Of a stretch of 64,000 bases of DNA, positions 53,001 through 64,000 are shown piece after piece. Below the pieces are notes generated by a model. That model made no database searches and was not told where the DNA came from. It worked only from the letters and a program-made list of their open reading frames with translations. A program made the translations under genes and the position numbers. Source of the stretch: Bugula neritina (taxonomy: Eukaryota > Animalia > Bryozoa); assembly GCA_964035545.1 (NCBI GenBank), contig OZ037769.1, positions 12,802,633-12,866,632 of the forward strand, given 5' to 3'. Within the stretch, counting starts at the first letter, position 1. Every line of letters begins with the position of its first letter.

Positions 53001-56000
53001 GATTTGGATGGACAGGGACTTTGCAGTGTGTATATGGGGCCAGTGTCAGCACCATACAACAGCTCACTCTGGTTTGATGACTCATACATACTTGGCAGCA
53101 GAGAGTGGCAAGTATAAAGTAGAGTCAGCACAGACAGCAACTAACCTTGATCTTTGTCCAGATTCTTGACAATAACATTCTCCCCTTCTATAGCCTCATT
53201 CACCATGTCATGTTTGGGTGGCTCTATAATAGTCTCTCTGAAAGGCACTATAGGCTCTGAGACATTGATGGCTATACAACAATACCTGCAAGTAACAGCA
53301 CAGGTGTATCAATACACATACACCTGCTATATTGTGTACACAAAACATAATCAGTGACTAACTGCTAATCATTGACTGATGGCCATAAAGAAGTGTGTGT
53401 GTGCGGGCGCGCGTGATGTAATGTGTATATACACACAACAGTTTGGAACTGAAAGGGTGTTTTGGCACTCCATAAATTTGGTATAGCAGCAGGACCTATA
53501 GTAGCTCTAAACTATTCAAACACTAAGCTATGGATCTTATATTTCATTTATCTAGCAGTTTCTATTTGAAGAGTGTAACCTCACTTGTATGACAGGATGT
53601 GATCAATAACTTGCCAACTAAAGCTGACTATTGTTTTGGTTAATGAATGTGAATCTGCTGGTATACAAAAGGGGAATTCCCTTACAGCTGACTGTAGCGT
53701 AGTGATACAGATTTATTAGTGCTAGGATTCTTCAAGCTACAGAGTAGTCACTGTTACAGCTGTGAACAGACGAAACTAGTAAGAGGTAGGTGAAGTAATG
53801 GAGAAATTGAGAAAAGCCTGTGTTCTAAATCAGAATAATTAATTAAAGAGCTTAGGTTACCTCAATTTCTCCACTACTGCTCCCAAATGGTTGGTATAAT
53901 ACTAAAATTCTTTGAGTGACAAGCATGCTTCCCAGCAGTAGCTTTTCATTCTTCTGAAACTTTTAACTCTTACATTTTATATTTCTTTTAGTTTAGACAA
54001 CGTTTCATACTGTAAGTGACCATTGAGCACTTTTTATTTACTTAATTTTTAAAAAGGATTGAATTCAGTCAATTTATACTTTAACAACTTGATGGAGGGA
54101 TACTATGTACAATGTAATCAGACGCAATCAGCCTAATGTTTGGTTATTGTAAGACATATAACATTATCAATTATTCTATAAAAGCTTTATATATTGTACA
54201 CTTTCGATTGTTGTAATGTTATGAGCAACATCATTTCAGGAAAATGTTAAGCCAAGGAAAAGTTGCGTTTGAAGCTCCAGTGACGGTCCTTGGTAAGTTT
54301 ACAGCTAATACTTTATTAATCTCCATATGCAAAAGTACTATCAATTGACTTTGTTTATGATCTCCTATAAAGCCTTTAGAACTCTGTACTGTAAAAATAA
54401 CCTTGCAACTATATTCCACGAGAGTCTTCAAGTGGCTGAAAATTATTCACAAATATGCATTTGATGGGTGATTTGAAATAAGTGCTCCCTTCATATCTCA
54501 CGGATCCATATCTCACAAAACTTCATACATCACGAGAAAGGCTTGTGGCTTATGTATATATGTATGTGTGTATAGGGACAAAATGGCAAAATTTAACGGA
54601 TTTGTGAGTTGACTCTAGTATCCTACTATGTAACAAAGTGAGTTTTCGGACTGGTAGCTTAGTGAGATACGGAGGGAGCACTGTAGCAATAAAATCTGCA
54701 CGAGTATGCCAGTTTTAGTAAAAAGGTGCGTCAGTGTTGATAAGCCATAATATTTTCTAAGCTGTTTCTCTCACCATTGTTTCAGCAAGGTTCTTTATTT
54801 TACCAGACTACTTCTAATGTTTAGCAAACTATACTAATTGTGGTTCCATAATGCTCATGCACTGAATTACAAGGTATATCTCTCAATAAAACTCACTACT
54901 TATACCCTTGACTTTATCTGTGAGTTCTACTTTTACAGGTGCATCCAACATCTGTCAGACCAGGTAAGTTAAATGTCTCAAGCTCATACCAATACACTAT
55001 GTACAAAATAGTAATTAAAACCAGTTGCTATATATGAAAAAAAAATCAAAACAGTTTCTTTTTAGATAAAAAAAGTTCTGAAAATCACTGAATGTTTTCA
55101 TAAAGTTCAACTCCTAAATTTTGCGGATCAGTACTTCAGCTCTAAAGAAGCAAAGTTTAGCATAATTTGCAAAAGTTGCATCTGTGTAGAAAATTATAGA
55201 GCAGCAGTGGTCTAGGGGTTAGAGCTTTGCCTAGTAAACACGAAGTCATGGGTTCGAACCCCAGACAAAGGCCATTGGTGATGTTAGGAAGAGCATCCAG
55301 TTATAATTGCTCTTGTGCCCCATCTGAATAAGTCCTCAGCCCGATTTAACAAAAAACTCATTAGGGGTTTTCACAGGGATAGTGACTAAAAACTTGCAGA
55401 GTTTTATCTGTGTAGAAAATCGAAAATATGGAGTAATTTGTTGGCTAAAACTGATTATATGTTCCTCATGATTTTCACTACACTTATTCAGAGATAAACA
55501 TTAATCACTGTCCCAAACTAAAGGAAACTGAATATAACAATTCAAAAATGTTTTAGAGATCAAAAGATTGATGGTACAGAAGCTAGTGATGGTGAAGTAA
55601 AGACATGTGGATATTGTATGGATGTATTTGTGGATCCAAAGAAGTTACCATGTGGACATGCCTTTTGTTTGCCCTGTTTGAAGGGAGACTTTATGTCCAG
55701 AAACACCACAGACACCCATACATGCATCAAATGCAGGTAACACACTAACTATAGAACTATCCAGTCAATCGGATTTTATCGACTAAATACATTATACAAT
55801 TTTATTCGAAGTTTTTATATCATTTTTTATTATCAGTAAGTACCGAAATTTCAAATGTTAGTTTTATTGATTGGAATAAAAGGATATACAGCATTTACAG
55901 GATATATGATTAAGCAGTTATATTTCATTATTAAAAAGTGAGCTTCCGAATCAAAATGATTTCAATGAGCTTCAGTAAAACTTTAAAGCTCCGAGTTTCA

Positions 56001-59000
56001 GTTAATAACACTAGTAGCTCTTTATAGTTTTACTGAATAATTAAATAACTATATTTACAAGGAGATATTATTCCTTTCAATTATTATTGTGAACTTGGCG
56101 GATTAGGTAATCACAGTACAACAATTTTGAAGAGTGGCTTTTACAATGCAATGCTACCCGGCAAAATTGAATTTCTGAACGAAAATAGTGAAGGTATAAG
56201 CGCAACTTGAAGGGGCACTGAAACTGACTGAAACCCGGAGCTTTTTTCAGTAAAGGAATAAACGCAATTTTATTATCAGCTCGTACCGGAATTTGAACTA
56301 TTAGTTTTATTGATTGAAGTTATAAGATATAAAGCATATATAGGAAACATGATGAAGGAGTCTAGGACAAATAATACTTTCTATAAGTATAACTACCCTG
56401 TAATTAGCTGTTAACTGACTAATTTTTGGCTGATGGAATAACTCTCCAAGTTACTTTATTTTGATCTAATGTACATCGCTTTTCATACAAAGATAACATT
56501 AAATATCTGCACCATCTAAAGTCGATTTTGAATAGTTTATAACAAAGAGCTAACAACATTTTTCACAGAAAAACACACACCATAACAAATTTGGATGAGC
56601 TCCCAGGACTGGCAATGCCAACCACGTCAGCTACAATGGCAACTGAAGTCAAAACTGAAGTAAAATGTGACATATGTCAGAAGTGGGAGCCGGCTGTCAG
56701 CTATTGTATTGATTGTGAAAAAAAGATTTGTTCGCATCACGAGAAAGTAAGTTGACTGATACCATCATAATTTAACAATTTTCTCATTTATAGCTAATGC
56801 GTTGGAGTATTAAACAATTTGGTAAGTATCTCCATATACTGCTAACGTTCTTTGTAGTTTTTAAATATCCAACTAGCAATGCTTCACAAGAACAAAATTA
56901 GGCAAAAAATCAGCTTTTTAGTATGTAAAGTTCAATTTTCAAAATGATCGCTGAAAACAACGATCTTTTCAGCACCACAATGGCTACTTTGAAAAGACAC
57001 ACGTTACTGTTGGCATCACAGAGTATCATGTTAACCCGAAAGCTTACAAGACCAAAAAGTTATCATGTGACCAGCATAACAAGCAGGCTATCACCATGGC
57101 ATGCAAAATCTGCTTTCAGTTCAACTGTGAGGAATGTCACAGGCAGAAGGAGAGATGTGAGAAATGTAAGTGAATACATGTTTTGATGTCTTGCTGGCAC
57201 AGACTTTTGTATTACTACATTCAAAGTACAAAGTAGCATACCCCTCATTCAATCGCAAACAATCCAGCTAGTAACTTGCTGGCAAACTCGAATTTATGTT
57301 TACCCATATGGCTGTGTCAAAAAATTAAAGTTAAAAGTTTAAAAAATCGGGCAAAAATGAAGATTAAAAACGAAGTTTGTAAAAATTGATTAAAAACTTC
57401 TGAATGCCACAAATTGTTGATGCCACTGTGCATGTTATCAAATGCGGCATGCTCGAGATGATCATTGATGACACTTTAGAAATATAATTTCAAAATAGCA
57501 TATATTTTGTAGCTCACAGTCTGCCAGTTTATGGTAGCAAACCTGCTAAGACAAAGACTTCTGAAAAAGGTCACACCTATGAGATGCTAGATGCAGTTGA
57601 ACAACAAGTTAGATCCAAGTTTGAAGAGCTCCGTCAAAATGTTTCCTCAAAGATCAACTCTTTAGCAACTGCAGAAAAGAATGCTTATAAAAAGATGGAC
57701 AGCATAGAAGAGAAGTGTAAAAAGATGAAGCTGGAAGTAAAGACCAGGACAACTGAACAGGTATTAAGTTGAAGCACAAATAGCTACCAACTTTCAAATC
57801 AAATTCAGCAACTTCACAATTCCTATTGACAATTTGACAGAATTAGTTATGTTTCTACCACAGTATTTTTCAACAGTTGTCTATATAACATATTCAATCA
57901 TATAATATATGAATATAATTTTGTGATATATGTATTTAGTTATGTGTTCGGACAGATTGAGTTAATAAAAAACCAATGCGAAGGCCTGTTAGAGAGAATT
58001 GAGCACTATAAAGAAGAACATACCAAACAGTTGGTCAACTATATTGAAAGAAACAATCAGACAAAAACCAACCTGACTGATGTGATGAGAGAATGCCACC
58101 TTTTCTGTCAGAAAGAGCAACCCTCAATCATTCAACAACACAGAGACATATACAGAAAGTTAAAAGCTAAGAATGATAATAATTGCACAGGAGAAAGCTT
58201 GCCATCTGAACAACGACTACGAATTGGTAATATTGATAGTTCAACAGTTGGAGTACCATATGGGCATTTCTGGAACACTATGTGTATTATAAGTTCATAA
58301 ATTTGTAGCCAAACAAGCAATTTTAACTAAAATCTACTTATAAACCAAAATAATTTAAGTCACAGCAGCTAATTAAAATGTAATATAACATAACTGAGCT
58401 GCTATAATTGCATAAGCCATGAGGTATTCCATAAAAACGTATATTTTATACTTCATCAAAAATTTCAATTTGGAGAAGTGGGAATCATTTGAAACCGTGA
58501 TTATCAATTTGATGAGGAACTATCCGTCTTAAATTCAGTCAAATTATTAACAAATATTCACATTCAGTATACAACTACTGTTCAAACATTTAGATAACAA
58601 AGTTTTTTGTATAGGAAAAAGACTTGAGCATGAACATGCAAATTTTAAATAAGAAATACTTCAAGAAATGTGATTTTAGATCTACCTAGACACCATCGAG
58701 TCAATTTAAATCATACTCATAAGTGTAAAGGAGCAGAGTACCTTTACAATAAAGAAAACAAGCTTTCCCCGTTGCTCTGTAGCTAATTATTTATTAACAT
58801 TACAGGAATGAAAAAGAGGATGGAAATTACATTAGAAACTGGAAGCTCTCCTAAAAGTAATTACTGTGGAAACTCGTATGCTTCTGGTATATATAATTAT
58901 AATCAGCATAGCACAGAGCCGTGGAAGAGCTTCAATTTTTAGAAGAGTTGATTGACTATATTAAGAGAAGTTTCTCTTCAACAAAAGTGATGTAAAAATG

Positions 59001-62000
59001 CCATAATTCTGTAAGAAATTATGTAGCCTGAGTCTTTTTCGAGATGGCTGCAATTTTTGACATAAAATGGATGAAAATTTTAATTAAACTTAGAATATTA
59101 GTGACGTTTGCAGTCTTCATTATAAAGAAATAATTTTCAAAAGTTCCAATTTTTTAAATATTCATGATTAGGTTTGCTTTACATGTATATTGTTGAAGTC
59201 ATAGAAGGCTGTGCATAATGAGTGAAAATGGAATGTTTTTGTGTTTCAGGAACTGTATTAAAAATTTGAGTGTTATAGTAATATGCTCTAATGAGGTTTG
59301 GATGTCATGTTCCCATTTTATGACTTTCTAACCATTTTTTCATTAAAGTAAAATTTTCACGGAAGCTTGGATACATTTAACACTTTTACTTTCGAAAATT
59401 ATTTGGTTTATGAATGTTTACAGACATTTAGATTGTCCTGTAACCATATCCTATTATATTACAGCACTCCTCTGCAACAAATACTGCAGACATTTTTTAT
59501 TTTTAATCTTTGACACGCTTGATGTGTTTCGAAACGGTTGAAAAATTTCGTTTGAAGAGAGTGGAGTATATTTTTAATAAATTTTTGAATAAATCAGCTA
59601 TTCATCATTTTACTCTGAAATGAAACGCCAAGCATCCCCTATATATAGTCCTGTAGCAACACACATCTCTACACTTATTCACCTACTATATAGTAAACCT
59701 GCCGTAATATGACTGGTATAGGCTAAACTGGTCCTACCGTTTGCGGAGGTCTTCAAGGCACCTCTGTAGGTGGACCTCCCCTGCCGCCACCAGAACATGC
59801 TCCCCAGATTCCTGAACCATGACCTGGACACAGGAGTCTGCCTGGTTGAGTAACCTCATACCCTTCACTAGTCTGTCCATGTCACCTGTACGTCAGCATG
59901 TATACAACTTCATATTCCACAGGCACATTGAGTAGATATTAATTACATATCGAACATAACATTACTGGCAGCTTGAGTAAATCAATATAATAACATCACT
60001 GAAGTTCAAACATAAATATCTTATATTCCTCTAGAGTCTAGAGATACATTTAACAGCAGTACGATACAATAATATAATAGAATTATCAACCTTTAGGCTT
60101 TTATCACCAAATACATGAAAACTAAACCCCCTAAATAAAAATCTTAATCTATCAGGCAATCAAAGTGAAATATTTAGAAAAAATTTCAATAAATTTGCAC
60201 ATTGACGATTAATTGCAATTTTGTAAATATTCATAGAACAAACATTGATGCAGTTAATTGAAATTTTAGTAAGAAAATAATGCTGGCATTGCGGCATGGG
60301 ACACTACAATTTAGAAAAGATAACTCCAGAATCGGGTAATACAAAACCTCTGCTTTTTAATTGAAATGGATTTAGTAAAGAGAAGCTGCATGGATGCAAT
60401 GAGAATTGCTTGATGGATAGTTACGAAGCAAGTGAATGTATTATTCTTTACTTTTGACCTCTATTCACGGGCTTTCCATGTACCGATCTCAGATCGATCT
60501 CAGCGAGATTGATCTAAGCAATGTGCTCAGATCGATCATTTTTCCATGAGAGTGTCAGATCGATCTCTCGGAGTTGCCTCCTCTTAGATGAAGATTACTT
60601 TAATAGAATATTTTTTCACCCACCTAACTGATAAAAGCTACTGCTGTTGAAAAACAAAATTTTCATAGTCTAAAATTTAACGTCAGCTATAAACTCTACG
60701 CAGTAAAGCTTTTAATATGAAGTAATTTGGCCAATTCAAGATAATTGATTTTAATATCTTAGCTTGACAGCTTATATAAAATTAATAGCTGTTGTGCAGC
60801 TTATTCATAAACTTACGGGACTATTAGGCTTAAATTACGCAGCAATGAACTAATGACAGTGCGTTATAATAGTCGTTTAAATTCAATTTAAATGCTCTCA
60901 CTTTTTGTATCTTCACCGTCTATAATTTTACATAATTAAGTTTTCTTAATCATTTTACTAAAAGTCAAAGTTTTGTCACTTGAAAAAATGGCTATCTTAA
61001 TTATTAAGTACTTTGCTTAGTAATTAACAATAAGTTATCATTTTCATTAGCAGACAACATTTTAGCGAGCAGTCATTTTTCTACTTCTCGGATCGATCTT
61101 TCGTCTTTCCATGGTCTTATTGCCTTGAGATCGATCTGAGTTCGAGCTCTACAGACCGACCAGCTCAGAACGACTGAGATCGATCTTTGGAGTCTTTCCA
61201 TGGATCGATCTCAGCAAGATCGATCTGAGATCGGTACATGGAAAGCCGGTGATTATCCTTTGACCTCTACTACCCTTTTACCTCTACTACCCTTTGACTT
61301 CTACTACCTTTTGACCTCTACTACCCTTTGACCTCTACTCCCTAAACAACCAGAGCATCCTGGTAGAGATCAACAGGCAGGGTGTCTGCATGTTGCTATA
61401 GCTAAATAAGCATAAATAATCAATTACATTTCTTATAGTTAAGCTGAAACTTTTCAAGATTAGACATAACTGTAGCCCATGGAAAAGTTCTTGAAACATA
61501 GATATTACAACAATCCCAAAGCATTTCATAAATTGTAAACCAGCTTTACTGTCCTAACTCCATTTAAATTGCTCTCACAAGATGTACGAGAGTTTTCTGG
61601 GTGACAGAAGTTGTCCTCAACAAGAAAAGTGTTTTACCTGCATTCTTTGGTTCCACTGCAACTCTGACAATAGGCTGAGCTTCAAACATCATGTTGGAGA
61701 AAGAGGTGCAGGCAACGGTGCTGCTGAGCGTCGCCGACTTTAGAATGTGCTCCTCGAGTCCACCTATGCCTGTTGGAAAGAGTATAATATCTTAAAACAT
61801 TAGGCAAAGGTGCAGCTTATACAAAGTTTATAGTTACGATCCCTGTGAGAAACCCTGATGAAAGGGGTTTTTGTTAAAGCCGGCTAAGGACTTATTCAGA
61901 TGTGGCATAGGAGTAATTATGACTGGATGCTCTTCCTAACACCACCAAGGGCCTTTACTGGGGTTTGAACCCATGACTTCGTGTTTACTAAGCCAACGCT

Positions 62001-63858
62001 CTAACCTCTAGATCATGGCTTCTCCGTAAGGTTCAACATATAATGCAGCTATAAAATTTCTGATACCAAGCAATGACTCAGACAAACAGACAGACACTAG
62101 AGCTTTTCACACCTGATCAGAATTTGCATATTATTTTAAGAATCATATGGTTGGGAATAGAGAGTAGCCGTGAATGTTTACCAGTTGATGAGACAACTCC
62201 AAACCCACACAGAAAACATACAACAGATAATGCATGCGCCTAGAGATGCCAAGTCTAGAGCAGATGTAAAAGAACATGTTGTCAGCAACTCAAGTCTCTT
62301 GGAAGGCAGCTACAACAGGAAGTAGTTAACCCACCAAGTAAGACAACTCCCAGCCGACAATTAAAAGCAATAGAAAGTCAATAGAAAGTCTGCATCAGTT
62401 TAGGGTCGGTTTGAAAGGCCAGTAAATATCAAAATCACTAAGTAATTGTGTGCAAAAGATTATAAATGCTATCAAGTGTTTAGTTTTACTTCAGTTCAAT
62501 TTTGAATTGTCTCATCTAATGCAACTTTGCCTTATAAAATTCTAAGAATAAACAGAGGATGAAAGTGAAAGCTATAGAAGGAGAGAGATTGGCACGTGAC
62601 TATAGCGGTAAGAATTAACATTGTAGTCACAGTGCATTTTAAATAGTAGATATGGAAGGTTGGCAGAAATTTTAGTAACAAGTTTCTAAGATAACCAAAA
62701 TTAAATTCTTCAGCTGTGTGAACCAAAACTACCATCACACATGCTGAAGATACTCAGGCTTGTCTTTATGATTTACTATTAAAGAACAGAATACATAATA
62801 TAGAGGGGAAAACTCCTGTAATGAGTTGAATAGTCCATGTAACAATATACCAAGAATATTTCCGGCTGGAATTTCTTCCATAACCTCCAACTCCCTGCCC
62901 ATGAAAGTGTAGAGGTCTTGCACTGTGATCTGAGTCATATGAAGATCTCCAGTCAGAGTCTCCACAGTAAGGGACTGGTTGTCAGTCAGCCTATCTGCAA
63001 GACCCTGAAATTTATAGAACTCAGTGTATATTAGAACTTTCTAGAAAAATAAGCATCTTTTAGGGTAAAGGTACTATGAAGGGTTATTTCAGCGTACAAG
63101 AAAGACACACTATCATTGCACAGTTTATCTTAGCACAACGTCTCTCAATCTAATATCTCAATCAATCTATCAATTCTGTATGTTTTCTGTGAAATGAGAC
63201 AACTCTTAATAGTGAAGCTAGAATAGAGTACAAGTGAGTGAAAAATTAAAACTCAACTTGAACTGAAAGTAGTTTATTAATTCCAGTGTATGTTTAATTC
63301 ATATTGTTTCCATATTCCAGTTAATTACGATAGAAACTGTCATGATGTCTTACAAATGATCTTATATTCTTGTGCATACTGTTACACTGTTATAGTAATG
63401 TAATATAATATAAAACAATTGTCGTAAAGAAATACATATATTTGCTATTGGCTATCTATTTATACTGACTTGAAAACCAAACTATTGAGTTGTTAGTACA
63501 TTTGAAGTCAATATTAAAATGTATAGCTATGGATAATAAAACTGGTTTTATTTCTGTCCTTCTTGATATGAAATGATAGTGACCAGTATTGTAATTAAAC
63601 TTAGTATAATTCATGGTATACTCTACAAGAAGTGCAACATTCAAATTAGATGGAAGTAATGTGCAGAGTGAGTCTATGTGTGAAAGACATAAAAACACAC
63701 ATAATATAAACTAATTAAAACGGTTACCAATTCTATAGCCTCAGTGGGATCATGCTTTGGCCCGAGAACGTATAACTTCTGCCCCTTCTTTATCTTTCCA
63801 CTGAAGATACGAGCAAAGGCTAGGAATCTGTACCCAGAGTCAGAAGAGGTGTGATCCT
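50056..63858 (-). CDS. EFL1: Elongation factor-like GTPase 1 (EFL1/Ria1), 3' half: complement(join(50056..50244,50857..51041,51506..51748,51889..52416,53146..53285,59738..59885,61638..61769,62851..63004,63728..63858)); 5' part lies beyond the window
   Basis: [20 protein letters not shown]; [29 protein letters not shown]; PIVRVAVEP; [13 protein letters not shown]; [11 protein letters not shown]; [12 protein letters not shown]; [15 protein letters not shown]; [18 protein letters not shown]; [21 protein letters not shown]. Splice phases are consistent. Confidence 0.95.
50385..50798. mobile_element. Old fold-back/MITE with long degenerate inverted arms in the last EFL1 intron
   Basis: ATGGGCCATTTTAGTT..ACACACTCAAAATCT..GCTATTTTTCACAAT versus ATTGTGAAAAATAGC..AGATTTCGAGTGTAT..AAAATGACCCAT; arms ~150 bp. 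Confidence 0.7.
54244..58942 (+). CDS. TRIM/RBCC protein 2, nested antisense in an EFL1 intron: join(54244..54292,54939..54963,55557..55736,56569..56746,56973..57165,57513..57760,57956..58226,58806..58942)
   Basis: [23 protein letters not shown], two B-boxes and coiled coil; intron positions and phases match TRIM 1. The first two small exons are phase-consistent but less certain. Confidence 0.85.
54480..54685. mobile_element. Tc1/mariner-pogo-like MITE (relics also ~33825-34045 and ~36335-36547)
   Basis: AGTGCTCCCTTCATATCTCAC ... GTGAGATACGGAGGGAGCACTG-TA inverted ends; internal TATGTGTGTATA..GACAAAAT is shared among copies. Confidence 0.65.
55199..55400 (+). mobile_element. tRNA-derived SINE, family 1
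   Basis: Homologous to 40455-40656; candidate 15-bp TSD ATCTGTGTAGAAAAT at 55180-55194 and 55406-55420. Confidence 0.85.
60466..61251. mobile_element. Non-autonomous CACTA/EnSpm-like DNA transposon, 786 bp
   Basis: TIR CAC(G/C)GGCTTTCCATGTACCGATCTCAGATCGATCT; ATT TSD (60463-65, 61252-54); many subterminal AGATCGATCT palindromes. Confidence 0.75.
61255..61342. repeat. 18-19-bp minisatellite (CCTTTGACCTCTACTAC)n
   Basis: About 5 copies; the first unit is split by the transposon, with its left half at ~60451-60465. Confidence 0.85.
61825..62025 (-). mobile_element. tRNA-derived SINE, family 1
   Basis: Reverse complement matches 40455-40656 (GACTGGATGCTCTTCCTAACA; GAACCCATGAC). Confidence 0.85.
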
Positions 63859-64000
63859 CTGGAAATATATCAATAAGAACCCTGACACGCTTCAGTTATG
63901 CAGTATTAACATATCAATGTATACCTCAGCTATCATCTACAGACTGCTTGAGGATTGTATGCTCAAACAATTTCACAGTATAAAAAAAAATGTGCAAACA

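Overview
AT-rich, intron-containing animal genomic DNA, most likely from a marine invertebrate (taxon is inference only). Most genes are spliced, so the ORF track shows only fragments; I rebuilt gene models by hand from GT-AG junctions and phase consistency. The left 39 kb is an island of 12 small two-exon genes for predicted secreted proteins. (i) One 350-aa acidic protein with 19-aa repeats and a cationic, Gly-ending C-terminal helix (4154-5649); the ORF track misses it. (ii) A tandem/inverted array of 8 paralogues (7 intact, 1 pseudogene; 7832-30312) encoding prepro-peptides whose C-terminal six-cysteine domain, C-x3-C-x2-C-x11/13-C-x3-C-x9-C-P-S, resembles the eclosion-hormone/synenkephalin cysteine framework. 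This is the best candidate for an undescribed system. (iii) Three tandem stand-alone uromodulin/GP2/OIT3-type D8C/D10C-domain genes (32220-38752). The right part holds the 3' half of EFL1 on the minus strand and two paralogous RING-Bbox-Bbox-coiled-coil (TRIM) genes with short unrecognised tails. One TRIM is convergent with EFL1 and carries a decayed LTR-retrotransposon gag-pro fragment in an intron; the other is nested antisense inside an EFL1 intron. tRNA-derived SINEs, several MITE families and mini/microsatellites are interspersed.
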